43,946 nucleotides of DNA. It comes from a virus (taxonomy: Duplodnaviria > Caudoviricetes). Under the pieces are notes generated by a model that searched no databases, was not told the DNA's origin, and worked only from the letters and a program-made list of their open reading frames with translations. The stretch lies in the IMG/VR virus record IMGVR_UViG_3300048599_000898, positions 1-43,946 of that record; one strand, 5' to 3'. How positions within the stretch are numbered: the first letter of the stretch is position 1; every line of letters begins with the position of its first letter. Made by a program: the position numbers and the translations under genes. Below are positions 17,846 through 27,766 of the stretch, piece after piece.

Positions 17846-19345
17846 TCAGAACTGCGAATAGAGCAGGGCGTTGGCGGCGATCACGTCGAGCGGATTGGTT
17901 CGATCGAGCGGCGCCAGCACGTCGACGCGGTTGGCGGAGTCGGCGTTGCGCTCGACGACGATTTTCGTCGCGAAGCCGTCGGCGTCCTCCAGTACGCCAC
18001 GCGACACCAGCGCCTGATAGCTGTGGACCATCGTGGCGCGGATGTCCGCCGGGGTGGAGATCGCCGCGACCCCGGCAGGGTTCTCGTCGGCCACCGCCTT
18101 CTGGCCGTGCTCCGCCGCCAGCCGTTCGCGAAAGAACTTCAGTGCAAAAGTCAGCTGATAGAGCGCCTGGACGTCGCGAAACGTCGTATCGATCTGGCCG
18201 AGGGTGTTGCGCTTCATGGCCGTCACCGCCTTGTCGACGACGACGGTGCCGTTCTCCACCCGCCAAGTGGAGATGCGCGACCTCAAGAGCTGATTGCGGG
18301 TCTCGTAGCTCGGCCACTTGCTGCGGTCGCGCGGCGGCGTCACCGTCTGGAGGGCGACCCCGGACATCGACCGCGAGACGTTGCCGGTGGCCCCGTCGTG
18401 CAGCCACACCACCTGCCCGGCGGCGTAGTCGCAGAGCCAGACCCACGGCGGGTGAGCGTCTCCCGACGATTCGATCCGCCCGAGAACCGTGGTGTGGCGG
18501 TCGTCGCTGAGCGCTTCGCCGGTGGTGACCAGATCGGCGGCGGCATCGGTCGCCACCGTCCAGACGTGACCATAGGACTGGCGCGACCACGACCAGCGGC
18601 CCGAGGCATCGTTGCCCCAGGTCCGGTAGCGACCGAGGTTGGTCGCATCGCCGAACGGCGACAGTACGGTCGTCGCCTCGTCGTCGGCGAGCGCGGCGAG
18701 CGCCGCCGAGGTGTCGGCAGTCCCGGCGGCCGCGGTCCCCGCGGCGACGGTGGCGATGTCGATGTAGGCGTTGTCGGCGTCGCTGGTGTCGACCCGGATC
18801 TCGATGTCCCCGGCGACGAGGCCGGCGTGCACCGCGGTCAGGGTGACGACCGCGCCGGAGACGGTGGCGGTGACCGGCAGCGTCGCCCGGGTCAACGGGT
18901 CGTAGTAGTCGTTGATCGCATCGGCGAGATCGGCGGCGGCGTTCGCGGCGGTCGACCCGGCGGCGATGGTCAGCTCGACCGAGCGGCCGGCGACCGACAG
19001 CACGCCGTAGCCCCCTTCGGTCGGCGGCGTCGTCATCGTCACCGTCCAGGTCGCGGCGGTCCCGGTCGCCGGCACCACCACCAGCCAGATCGGCTCGGCC
19101 GGCGCCTGCGCCCGGGTCACCCGGTACATGTCGCGCAACATCGAATTCGGTCCGCAGAAGGCGTCGACCGCCTCCTGACTGGCGGCGAAGGTCGGCGTCG
19201 CCTCGGCGAGCGAACCGGAGGTCTGCTTGTGGCCGAACAGCACGATCCGCGATTCGGCCTCGAAGGTACCGGCCGAGTTGACCTCGACGGTGAAGATCGG
19301 GGCGACGAGGCCGGACGAGATGTGATTGAAGGGGACGGACGACAT
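17846..19345 (-). CDS. Tail sheath protein (Mu gpL-like)
   Basis: VPFNHI...FCGPNSML, GRWSWSRQSYGH, VVERNADSANRVDVL. Confidence 0.95.
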   Translation of the reverse strand: MSSVPFNHISSGLVAPIFTVEVNSAGTFEAESRIVLFGHKQTSGSLAEATPTFAASQEAVDAFCGPNSMLRDMYRVTRAQAPAEPIWLVVVPATGTAATWTVTMTTPPTEGGYGVLSVAGRSVELTIAAGSTAANAAADLADAINDYYDPLTRATLPVTATVSGAVVTLTAVHAGLVAGDIEIRVDTSDADNAYIDIATVAAGTAAAGTADTSAALAALADDEATTVLSPFGDATNLGRYRTWGNDASGRWSWSRQSYGHVWTVATDAAADLVTTGEALSDDRHTTVLGRIESSGDAHPPWVWLCDYAAGQVVWLHDGATGNVSRSMSGVALQTVTPPRDRSKWPSYETRNQLLRSRISTWRVENGTVVVDKAVTAMKRNTLGQIDTTFRDVQALYQLTFALKFFRERLAAEHGQKAVADENPAGVAAISTPADIRATMVHSYQALVSRGVLEDADGFATKIVVERNADSANRVDVLAPLDRTNPLDVIAANALLYSQF

Positions 19346-19349
19346 GGCC

Positions 19350-19550
19350 TCAGCCCTCGGTCTTGCGGGTCACGGGGATGGGAGTCGCGGCATCGGCGGC
19401 CGGCGCCTCGGCGATCGAGCCCTCGGCGAGCCGTTCGCGCCAATAGGGATGTTCGAGGTCGACGGTGCGGCCCGACGCGGCAAGGACGGACGCGGTGCCG
19501 GGGATCGGGATCACCACCGAGCCGACCGGGCGGACGAAGACGAGACGCAT
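19350..19550 (-). CDS. DUF2635/Mu gp38-like small protein
   Basis: FVRP...LAASGRTVD...YWRERLAEGSI pattern directly before the sheath. Confidence 0.8.
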   Translation of the reverse strand: MRLVFVRPVGSVVIPIPGTASVLAASGRTVDLEHPYWRERLAEGSIAEAPAADAATPIPVTRKTEG

Positions 19551-19560
19551 CGGGAGACCC

Positions 19561-20307
19561 CTATTCGGTGGTATCGGCGGCGGCGTGGACATCGGCCGCA
19601 GCGAGGGTGGCGGGAGCGGCACCGGCGCCGAAGCCGGCGAAACCGAGATGGATGATTTCGAGCGGGGTCGGGTCGGCCGGAGCCCGCCACAGCGCGGCGA
19701 GCGCGGCGAGCACCGCGGCGGCGTAGCCGTCGGCGGCGAACAGGTCCCGGACCCCGTGGGCCGGCGCCGGCAGGCCGTCGACGACGTCGGTCCAATCGTC
19801 GTCGTCGATGGTGACCGTCGCCGATAGGGTCAGCCGCATCAGCGGCACCGCCGACCCCGGCTCGCGCGAGGCGCGAGCGTGAAAGCTCGGCATCGCCTTG
19901 GCGAGACGGCGGAAGATCACGCCGGTGGCGCCGAGGGTCAGGGCGTAGCGGATCTGAGCGATCGTCGCCTCGAGCTTGGCGGCGGCCTCGGCCGGCGACG
20001 CGCCGACCGCGTCGGCCTCGCTGCCGTCGATGACGCCGATTTCGGCGTCGCAGATCAGCACCACGTCGAGATCCTGACGGGCCAGACCATAGCTCTCGGC
20101 CCGCTCCAGACCGCGGATCTCGTCGATCGACACGGAGATTGCGACCTCGGCCCGGTCGACGCTGGTCCGGTCGGTGATGTAGAGCCCACTGTCGGCGATC
20201 TGCGCACCGGCCAGCGTCGGCCACTGCGGATCGTCCGAGGCCAGCTCGGCATGGGGAGCCAGCGCCTCGATCACGGCGAGACGCAGGACGGTTGCGGCGA
20301 TCGTCAT
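19561..20307 (-). CDS. Putative tail terminator/neck protein
   Basis: Position between head-tail joining and sheath genes; GAGGGG RBS. Confidence 0.6.
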   Translation of the reverse strand: MTIAATVLRLAVIEALAPHAELASDDPQWPTLAGAQIADSGLYITDRTSVDRAEVAISVSIDEIRGLERAESYGLARQDLDVVLICDAEIGVIDGSEADAVGASPAEAAAKLEATIAQIRYALTLGATGVIFRRLAKAMPSFHARASREPGSAVPLMRLTLSATVTIDDDDWTDVVDGLPAPAHGVRDLFAADGYAAAVLAALAALWRAPADPTPLEIIHLGFAGFGAGAAPATLAAADVHAAADTTE

Positions 20308-20316
20308 CTCACCCCC

Positions 20317-20712
20317 TCACGCCGATGCGGCGGCGAGCCGCCAGCTCTCGCCACCGAGACCGTCGGGCAGACGTTCGGCGAGGATCCACGCCTCGCCGGT
20401 CGAAGTCCGGACGATCCGGTCGCGGCCGGCGACCAGGACGAGGCCGCCGAGCGCTGCCGTCTCGAACACCGCCACCGGGACCACGACCGCCGACGGAGTC
20501 GGCGAATAGGAGGCGACGCGGGCGGAGTCGAACAACTCCGCCGGATGCTCGGCGAAGATCACCGAGATCGGGGTGATCGATCGCGTCGGGTCGACGGACG
20601 CGGCGCCGTTCGGCCCGACCCGCGCCATCGGCCGGATCTCCGCCGGCTCCGCGGAGACGGCGAAGGTCACGACCTTGGCGGAGGTAGCGAGCGAGGCGAA
20701 CAGCGACGGCAT
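20317..20712 (-). CDS. Putative head-tail joining (head closure) protein
   Basis: Start MPSLFASL; ends GRDRI...ERLPDGLG as in FII-like proteins. Confidence 0.6.
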   Translation of the reverse strand: MPSLFASLATSAKVVTFAVSAEPAEIRPMARVGPNGAASVDPTRSITPISVIFAEHPAELFDSARVASYSPTPSAVVVPVAVFETAALGGLVLVAGRDRIVRTSTGEAWILAERLPDGLGGESWRLAAASA

Positions 20713-20722
20713 CGGCTCACCC

Positions 20723-21172
20723 TCACGACGAGGCGATGACGCCGGTCGAGCGCAGCGAGGCGAGCAGCGCGTTGAGCGCCGTCGCCAGCGCCGCCGCGGC
20801 GGCATCCGAGGCCACGTTGGCGACCGCGGCGCCCTGCACCTGCACCACGGTCGGCGGGGTCAGAGCGACGGTGACGGTGGTATCGCTCTGGCCCTTGGCC
20901 GCGGTGGCGACGCCGATCCGGGTGTTGCCGGTCGCGGTCGCGGTGCAGGTCTTGGCGCTGTCGTCCCAGTAGACCGGGCCGCCGGCGGCGATCGCGCCGG
21001 CCGCGGCATCCATTTCGAACACGCCCTCGCGGGCGATCGTCACCGGCGTCGAGATCAGCGCATCGACGGCGGCGACGCCGAACAGCGAGCCGAGCTTGAC
21101 GCCGTCGCCGGACGACACGGCATAGGGGGCGGTGACCGTCAGGCTGTCGCCGCACTGGATGAAATTCTTCAT
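20723..21172 (-). CDS. DUF2190-family capsid cement/decoration protein
   Basis: MKNFIQCGDSLTVTAPYAVSSGDGVKLGSLFGVA...GGPVYWD. Confidence 0.9.
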   Translation of the reverse strand: MKNFIQCGDSLTVTAPYAVSSGDGVKLGSLFGVAAVDALISTPVTIAREGVFEMDAAAGAIAAGGPVYWDDSAKTCTATATGNTRIGVATAAKGQSDTTVTVALTPPTVVQVQGAAVANVASDAAAAALATALNALLASLRSTGVIASS

Positions 21173-21207
21173 CGGAGTTCTCCAGGAAGAGGGGCGGTGG
21201 CGGCCGA

Positions 21208-23220
21208 TCAGGCACCGGCGTTCTGGTAGGTCCCGCGGTAGTCGATGGCGCCGCAGCCGAAATCGTGTTCGAGGCTGTAGCTGACGCCCTGAGTGCCGAA
21301 CGGCTCGTCCATCCGCATCCGCGGCGCCGTGTAGCCGGAGAGCAGGCCCCATTCGAAGCAGGGCAGCGCGTCCGACGGGCAGAACAGGAACCAGGCGTTG
21401 CCGGTGATCTTGGCAGTGATGACGACTTCCAGCCGCCCGGCGAACACCGCGACGTTGGAGGCCTGCGTCGCCACGATCTGGGTCAGCACCTGCGCCGCCT
21501 CGGTCTCCTTGTCGGGGCCGACGAGCAGGATGGTCGGAGCGATCTCCAGCGGCTCGGTCGAGCCGAATCGCGTCTGCTTGCGGATCGCGGCGCGGCCGAG
21601 CGACAGCGACGCGGTCGAGATCGCCGCGGCGGTACCGGCCAACGTCTTGTCGGTGGCGTTCCAGACCGCCCGGCCGGTCTCGACGAGACTGGGGTTGGCG
21701 AGCGCCATCGCGTAGAAGGTACGGTCCTCGAAACGGGCGACCTCGCCGGCCTGGTCGGCGAGGACGCGCGAGATCGCGTCGAGATTGTCGTTGACCAGCA
21801 GCTGCCGCGAGAACCCGATGCGGACCCCGTACGCCTTGACCGCGGTCTTCTCCTTCGATTCGGCGAAGGTCCCGGCCTTCAGCTCGCCGGTCTCCTTGAC
21901 CTCCTGGAGCTGCGGGAAGTCGCCGACCCTGATCACGTTGTGGTCGCGGAAGTCCTGATAGGTGCGCTGCCGGGCGATCCGCCGATAGGTCGGCGCCTGC
22001 ACCGCATAGCGGGCCGCCAACACCGAATTGAGGGCTCCCGCGAGGATCAGCGGGAAGTCGGACGTGGTGTGAAACGCATCCCGCAGGATCGTCTCACGGG
22101 CGGCGAAGTCGGAGGCGATCCGGCCGCGGTGGCCGATCGCCTCGGCGGCCATGTCGACGATCCCGAAGTCCATGTAGCCGCGCGCCGCCTCGGCGATCGC
22201 CAGAGCGACCGCGGGACGACCGGTCGGGACCGGCAGCGGGCCACCGTAGAGCCGGGTGGTCAGCGCCTCGCCCATCGCCAACCGGCGGGTCTCGGTCTCG
22301 TCGCGGACGATGTGGACGCCGCTGATCGCCGGGTGCGCCGAACGGGCGGCGAGCGCGTCGAAGGCGCGGGTCCGGAACGTCTCGAGCGGCGTCGCATCCG
22401 CGATCGCGGTGCGGATCACCTCGGCGTCGAGCCCGGCCCGGGTGCCGACGTCGAGGATCGCCGCGGCCCGGGTCCGCTCGGCGACGGCGCGGGCTTCGCC
22501 GTCGGCGGCCGGCTGCACCGGAGCGGCGCGGGTCTCGGCCACCGGGGCGACCGCCGCGGGGGTCGCCGGCACGACGGCCGGGGTCGGGGGAATGGTCTGC
22601 GGAATGACGGCGGGCTGCTCGCCCGTGCCCTCGATCGAGCGACGCATCTCGGCGTCTCCTTCTGCGGTGGAGCCGGCGGCGGATCTGACCGACGCCAGCG
22701 GGTCGGCGGGGACCGAGACCAGGGAGACTTCGAGAAGCTCCCATCGATCGGCGCGCCAGGTTTCGACGTTGTTTTCGACCGATCGGAGCGTCCACGTCCG
22801 GACGCCATAGCCGATCGAGATGCCGGTGAGTTCGCCGCGCGCCACCATCCCCTCGGCCTGACGCGCGAGGTCGGTCTCGGCGAACCGGAATGTGCCGACC
22901 AGCAGCGCGCCGTCGAAGCGCACCGCGGTCATCACGCCGAGGATCGCGCCGATCTCTGAGGAATTGTGGCTGTCGAGCAAGCGGATCTGGCCGAGATCGG
23001 CCCGGGTCAGATCGACGGCGGCCTCGGTGATCGCCAGCTCCTCGATGATCCCCCAGCGCGGGACTCCGGCGCCCGACGAGATCACCGCCTCGAACGTGTG
23101 CGCCGCGGGGTCATAGCTGCCGGCGATCCGCGCGAGACCATCCTGCGACGCCAGCCGCTGGCAGGTCTGGCCGGGTACGAATCCGTCGGGGATCGATCTC
23201 GGTGCGGTCGCGCGGATCAT
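21208..23220 (-). CDS. Prohead protease-major capsid fusion protein
   Basis: LLDSH, GISIGY, WELLEVSLVSVPAD (protease); HTTSDFPLIL, NDNLDA, HDFGCGAIDYRG (capsid); ATGA overlap with portal. Confidence 0.93.
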   Translation of the reverse strand: MIRATAPRSIPDGFVPGQTCQRLASQDGLARIAGSYDPAAHTFEAVISSGAGVPRWGIIEELAITEAAVDLTRADLGQIRLLDSHNSSEIGAILGVMTAVRFDGALLVGTFRFAETDLARQAEGMVARGELTGISIGYGVRTWTLRSVENNVETWRADRWELLEVSLVSVPADPLASVRSAAGSTAEGDAEMRRSIEGTGEQPAVIPQTIPPTPAVVPATPAAVAPVAETRAAPVQPAADGEARAVAERTRAAAILDVGTRAGLDAEVIRTAIADATPLETFRTRAFDALAARSAHPAISGVHIVRDETETRRLAMGEALTTRLYGGPLPVPTGRPAVALAIAEAARGYMDFGIVDMAAEAIGHRGRIASDFAARETILRDAFHTTSDFPLILAGALNSVLAARYAVQAPTYRRIARQRTYQDFRDHNVIRVGDFPQLQEVKETGELKAGTFAESKEKTAVKAYGVRIGFSRQLLVNDNLDAISRVLADQAGEVARFEDRTFYAMALANPSLVETGRAVWNATDKTLAGTAAAISTASLSLGRAAIRKQTRFGSTEPLEIAPTILLVGPDKETEAAQVLTQIVATQASNVAVFAGRLEVVITAKITGNAWFLFCPSDALPCFEWGLLSGYTAPRMRMDEPFGTQGVSYSLEHDFGCGAIDYRGTYQNAGA

Positions 23221-24710
23221 TTGGTCTGTCCTGAATCGGTGGCGTAGCCGGAGGCGGCGCCGGTCTGTGTCGTCCGCCGCGGGTCTATGTCGAACACCAT
23301 CGCGCCCGCATCGACCGCCGCGAACCACTGCCGGAACGCTTCGATGTTGTCGCGCCAGTCGACACCCCAGCCGGCGGTGAATTCCTGCGGCGTCATCCGC
23401 CCCGAGCGCACCGCGAGGATGTCCGCTTCCAAGTCCTTCAGCGGGTCGATCGGCTCGACCGCCGGCATCACCAGCCGGTAGCGGTAGCCCTGTCGGCGGC
23501 CGGCCAGCACACCGGCGAGGATGGCGCGATCGACGAACCGGGCAAGCGTCGGATCCATCACGATCGGCGCCAGCATCAGCCACTGGATCTGCTCGATCAG
23601 CCGCCTCTGCTCTATCTTGCCGGCGCGGAGGCTCGAATAATTGGCCTGCCGCAGGTCGCCGGTCAGCTGGTCATAGGTCTGGCCGATTCCGACCGCCATT
23701 GCCTGGAGCGTCGAGATCGACACCGCCTCGAACTGACCGCTGCCGCTCGGGGCCGCGAACTTGACGTCCTCGCCGTCCTTGAGGTAGGCGATCATCCCCG
23801 GCTTGATCCGCTCGATCCGCTCGGCGTCGGACGTCTGCGTCTGTCCGGCGCCGAGCAGCGCCGCCGCGGAACCCTGGGCCTGGGTCACGAAAGCCGAGAA
23901 ACAGGCCTCGATCTTGGCCTTGACGATCATCGCCTCCATCAGGTCGGCGTGATCGCGGGCAGTGAGCAACAGCGGCGCCAGCCAGGAGACGCCGCGGACC
24001 TGCCCGAACCGCTGCCGGCGGAACAGATGGATGCAGTCCGCCGCCGGCACCTCGACCGACAGCGGCCAACCGGTCGACAGTGCGATTTCGCCGGGGTGGG
24101 TCGGTCGTACCCAATAGGAGACGGGCCGATCGTAGTCGCCGAGCCGCACCCCGAGCCGGGTGGCGCGATCGGCGCCGTAGCCGACGCCGTCGCGGCTCTC
24201 GTCGATGTGATCGCCTTCGAGACCCTGGATCGCCAGCGGCACCCGACGGTCGGCCGTCATCGGCAGATCGAGAAAGCGGAGCAAACAGTCTCCACCCTCG
24301 ATCGTCGAGCGCAGCGCCAGCGCCTGGAGCCCGGCGAAACCGCCGCCGACGATGTCCGCCCGAGCCTGCCACTCCTCCCATGCCGAGCGGACGATCCGGT
24401 CGGTGCGGTCCGAGCCGGTATCCCAGACGACACCGATGCCGGTGCCGACGGCGTGACTGACGAGGACGTCGAGCATCCGCGCCCCGTGCGGGGTGTTGCG
24501 GGCAAAATCTCGGGCCCGATCGCGCAGGGCGGAAAGGGCCGGGCCGATCTCGGTGTTGGCCGAGGTGCCGCGGCCGCGCAGCGATGCGCCGCGCCGCCCC
24601 TTGGTGGCGCCGTCGTAGTCGCGGACCAGCGCCAGTGCGGCCCGAGCGCGGGCTCGTCTGAGCCCTGCTTCCGGCGAGACGGCGCCGATGATGCGATCGA
24701 GGACGTTCAT
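23217..24710 (-). CDS. Portal protein, lambda family
   Basis: LRDRARDFARN, RFGQVRGVSWLAP, LTGDLRQANYSSLRAG, IDPLKD. Confidence 0.96.
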   Translation of the reverse strand: MNVLDRIIGAVSPEAGLRRARARAALALVRDYDGATKGRRGASLRGRGTSANTEIGPALSALRDRARDFARNTPHGARMLDVLVSHAVGTGIGVVWDTGSDRTDRIVRSAWEEWQARADIVGGGFAGLQALALRSTIEGGDCLLRFLDLPMTADRRVPLAIQGLEGDHIDESRDGVGYGADRATRLGVRLGDYDRPVSYWVRPTHPGEIALSTGWPLSVEVPAADCIHLFRRQRFGQVRGVSWLAPLLLTARDHADLMEAMIVKAKIEACFSAFVTQAQGSAAALLGAGQTQTSDAERIERIKPGMIAYLKDGEDVKFAAPSGSGQFEAVSISTLQAMAVGIGQTYDQLTGDLRQANYSSLRAGKIEQRRLIEQIQWLMLAPIVMDPTLARFVDRAILAGVLAGRRQGYRYRLVMPAVEPIDPLKDLEADILAVRSGRMTPQEFTAGWGVDWRDNIEAFRQWFAAVDAGAMVFDIDPRRTTQTGAASGYATDSGQTK

Positions 24711-24940
24711 CAGTCGCGACCGTGTTCGAGGTAGGCGACGCGGCTCGGCGCCGTCGCTCCGGCGAGACCGGAGAGTTCGGCCTGCAACACCGCCAATGTC
24801 GACTGCATGTCGGCGAGCGAGCGGAATTCGGTGATGTGGCGGGTGACGCCGGAGCCGAATTCGACGCGCCGGGCGCCGGTGCCGATGGCCCGCCGCAGAT
24901 TGTCGATGTCCGCCTGGACGTCGGTCGAAATGCGGGCCAT
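24710..24940 (-). CDS. gpW-like head-tail joining protein
   Basis: DIDNLRRAIGTGARRVEF...EFRSLADM; between terL and portal. Confidence 0.85.
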   Translation of the reverse strand: MARISTDVQADIDNLRRAIGTGARRVEFGSGVTRHITEFRSLADMQSTLAVLQAELSGLAGATAPSRVAYLEHGRD

Positions 24941-24944
24941 GTCG

Positions 24945-27047
24945 TCACCAGTCTCCGCCGCGATCGCCGAGCCAGTCGTCGTCGTCGCTGCGTTTCGATT
25001 TCAGGGACGGCGCCGGGGACGGCGCTGCGGGGGCGAGAGGGTCGGCGGCGAGATCGAACAGCGTCACCGGCGGCGGCGCCGCATGGACCTCGGCGAGCCG
25101 AGCGATCCATTGTGCCTCGGTCATGTGATCGACGCCGAGGCGGAAGGCGAGCGCGTAGGCGTAGGATGTGCAATCGAACCAGTCGTTCTGCCGGCCGGGG
25201 AGTTTTCGCCAGACCCGGCGGGCTTCCGGTCTCACCAGTTGCTTGCGCTTGTGGTTCGGCTGCCGCGCCGATTCTTCCTCGAGGTCGACCAGCCGTTCGC
25301 CGAGCAGCTCCATCACATAGGACTCGTCGGCGAGGTCCGGCGTCAGGTACAGCACCCCGCGCGGCCATTGCCCCGCGGCATTCGGACCCTCGACCAAGTT
25401 GGCGAGGGCCGCGGTCACCTTGATCTTGGCGTCGTAGTTGCCGACCGGATAGACCACCGAGGCGGCGACCAGCCGCCGATGCTCGTCGCGGATTTCCTGC
25501 TTCCTCGCCGTCCCGAGCAGCGGCAGGCCCGCGGCCGCTCGACCGTCGAGCGCCAGGCAGTTCGGGCGCGACGAACAGAATCGATAGACGCGAGAGGTCA
25601 AGAAGCCGGAGTCTATGCCGGCCAGGTCGATACCCTTCATGGTCCCGCTGGCCGTCGGATAGGTGCGGCCGAGCATGTCGGCGAGCAGCCGCCACGGTTC
25701 GTCTGACCGGTCGGGGGCTCCCTCGAGTACCTCTCGGTCGATCAGCCAGGCGCGGCCGTTCGGCCCGAAGGCGTGGACCGTCGCCTTGATTGCGTAGCCC
25801 TGGACGTCGGCGGTCAGCACGACCGCCCCGGCTTCCGGCGGGATCATCCGGGCCGGGTAGGCGACGCGGGCCTTGAGGATCGCCTCGTGCTCCAGCGCCG
25901 TGGCGCCGGGATCGTAGGGCTCGGCGAGATCCTGCTGGGAAAACGTCCGCAGTTTGGTGGTGTCGCCCTGCGCCTCCTGCCAGCGCTGCCAGATCGCATC
26001 GAAGCCGTCACCGGTCGCGTAGGCGGCCCACAGGTGGTAGCTAGGTTGACGGTCACGGCATCTCCCCTCGCACGGCGGGCAGCGCCACCGGTCCATCTCG
26101 GCCGGCGCAATCACCGACGGCGGGACCTCGCCGTCGCCGTCCGGGAAGCAGGCGATCCATTCGCCGCGCGGCAGCATCTCGTGCTTGTGGCCGTTGAGGA
26201 TCCGCCGGCCGCAGGCGAGGCAGAGGAAGTGCGAGCCCGATTCTTCGTCTGGGCCGCGCATCTGCTTGAGGTCGAGCGCCTGATAGGCGCCGCAGTGCGG
26301 GCAGGGCAGGTAGCGCAGACGCTGGTCACCCGCTTTGTAGTCGGCGGTGATCGCGCATTCCCCAATGATGCCGGGTGTCGACCCCTGGAATTCCTTGGCC
26401 TGATCGCCGTACCGGCGTTGTCTCGCTCGCGCCTGATCTCGGGGAGAGCCGCGACCGTCGACGTCGCGCGGGTAGCCGGTGACCTCGTCCATCGCGAGAT
26501 TCTTGATCGACACCATTTGCAGGCCCTTCGACGAGCCCGCGTTGACGACGATACAGAACCCCGAGGCGTACTTTTTGAAGCTGGTGGTCGACCCCTGCTC
26601 GTCGCGAGAATTGGCCGGGGCCACCTTGTGGCGGATCTTGGCCGTCGCGTCGATCGTGGTCTGGAGTTTTACCCGGTTGAACTTGACCGCCTCGTCGAGG
26701 GTCGGCATGACGATCATCATCGAGCCGCCGGAGGTGTCGACGACGTAGCAGAACCAGTTTTCCATGATCGACGTCTTGCCGGTTTGCGCCGCCCATCGAC
26801 AGGTGACGCGGCGCGCCGGATGATCCGGGTGCAGGCAGTCCATCGGCTCGACCAGATGCGGCGAGCGATAGTTGCGCCACGGGCCCGGCGTCGGCGAGCC
26901 GGATTCGGCGGACACCACTCGATAGCGCTCGGCCCATTCGGAAATCGTCAGATCCTCAATCGGCCTCGACGCCGCGGCGAGCGTCTCGAACAGCGCGAGG
27001 GCTCCGAGCGGGAGAGCCGGGAAGCGCTGGCGCGCATCGTCCATCAT
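24945..27047 (-). CDS. terL: Terminase large subunit, lambda gpA family
   Basis: Walker A AAQTGKT, Walker B LAMDEV, GSTP, PCPHCG, LTADVQ, IDSG, RQNDWFDC. Confidence 0.96.
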   Translation of the reverse strand: MMDDARQRFPALPLGALALFETLAAASRPIEDLTISEWAERYRVVSAESGSPTPGPWRNYRSPHLVEPMDCLHPDHPARRVTCRWAAQTGKTSIMENWFCYVVDTSGGSMMIVMPTLDEAVKFNRVKLQTTIDATAKIRHKVAPANSRDEQGSTTSFKKYASGFCIVVNAGSSKGLQMVSIKNLAMDEVTGYPRDVDGRGSPRDQARARQRRYGDQAKEFQGSTPGIIGECAITADYKAGDQRLRYLPCPHCGAYQALDLKQMRGPDEESGSHFLCLACGRRILNGHKHEMLPRGEWIACFPDGDGEVPPSVIAPAEMDRWRCPPCEGRCRDRQPSYHLWAAYATGDGFDAIWQRWQEAQGDTTKLRTFSQQDLAEPYDPGATALEHEAILKARVAYPARMIPPEAGAVVLTADVQGYAIKATVHAFGPNGRAWLIDREVLEGAPDRSDEPWRLLADMLGRTYPTASGTMKGIDLAGIDSGFLTSRVYRFCSSRPNCLALDGRAAAGLPLLGTARKQEIRDEHRRLVAASVVYPVGNYDAKIKVTAALANLVEGPNAAGQWPRGVLYLTPDLADESYVMELLGERLVDLEEESARQPNHKRKQLVRPEARRVWRKLPGRQNDWFDCTSYAYALAFRLGVDHMTEAQWIARLAEVHAAPPPVTLFDLAADPLAPAAPSPAPSLKSKRSDDDDWLGDRGGDW

Positions 27048-27055
27048 CGGTGGTC

Positions 27056-27649
27056 TCACTCTCCGGCGCCGACCCCCACGGCGCCATCGTCTCGGCCGAG
27101 TGCCTCGATGCGGTCGAGCAACTCGCGATGAAAGGTGGCGAGACCCTCCCGGACGTAGGCCTTGAGGACGATCCGCAGCTGCCGCTCGTCCCATCCGTAC
27201 TTGACCGAGGCGTCCGAGACGGACGCCTCGAGCGTCACGTCGAAGGCGGCGGTCATCAGCCCGACGGCTTCACGGGCCGCCCGGTCGACCTCGATCCGCG
27301 GCGTCAACTCTCGCCGCCGTTCGGCGATGTCCATCTCGCGCATCTCGGCGTCGGCCGCTGCCTTGCGCGCGGTGCCGCTGATCTGTGCGCCGGTGAACTT
27401 CGATTTCGGCGCGGCCGAGACAGACGGCGCAATGACCTCCATCGGGGCCGGGACGTCGGACGAGATCCGCACGTTCTCGCGCCGGTGGGCGAGGAGCAGA
27501 TCGAAATCGATGAGCCCCGACTTGCCCCGCCGCTCGACCGGCAGCGCCTCGGCATGTTGCGCGAGGTACCGCGACAGCGTCGACCGGTCGATCCGGTCGC
27601 CGAGAGCCGTGAGCCGGACCGCCGCTTCGGTAATCGATACCGCGCTCAT
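27056..27649 (-). CDS. terS: Terminase small subunit
   Basis: N-terminal HTH-like segment plus coiled coil; between cos and terL. Confidence 0.75.
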   Translation of the reverse strand: MSAVSITEAAVRLTALGDRIDRSTLSRYLAQHAEALPVERRGKSGLIDFDLLLAHRRENVRISSDVPAPMEVIAPSVSAAPKSKFTGAQISGTARKAAADAEMREMDIAERRRELTPRIEVDRAAREAVGLMTAAFDVTLEASVSDASVKYGWDERQLRIVLKAYVREGLATFHRELLDRIEALGRDDGAVGVGAGE

Positions 27650-27711
27650 CCGTGTGTGCGCCTCACGTGCACCCGTGCCACCCGTGTACCGCTTTCCGAC
27701 CCCCCCACTGG

Positions 27712-27766
27712 CAAAACCAAGCGAGCCGCGGGCCCGTGAAAGTCGACCGTGGGGGGAAGGACCCGT
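27712..27766 (-). other. Candidate cos site (cosQ plus cosN)
   Basis: Minus strand CGGGTCCTTCC...TTCACGGGCCCGCGGCTCGCTTGGTTTT parallels lambda CGGGTCCTTTCC...TTACGGGGCGGCGACCTCGCGGGTTTT with nearly the same spacing. Confidence 0.75.

Noticed and set aside
9996-20307. Transposable Mu-like phage, tailocin or gene transfer agent
   Set aside because: No MuA/MuB; a tyrosine integrase, cos/terminase, capsid and own replication genes are present
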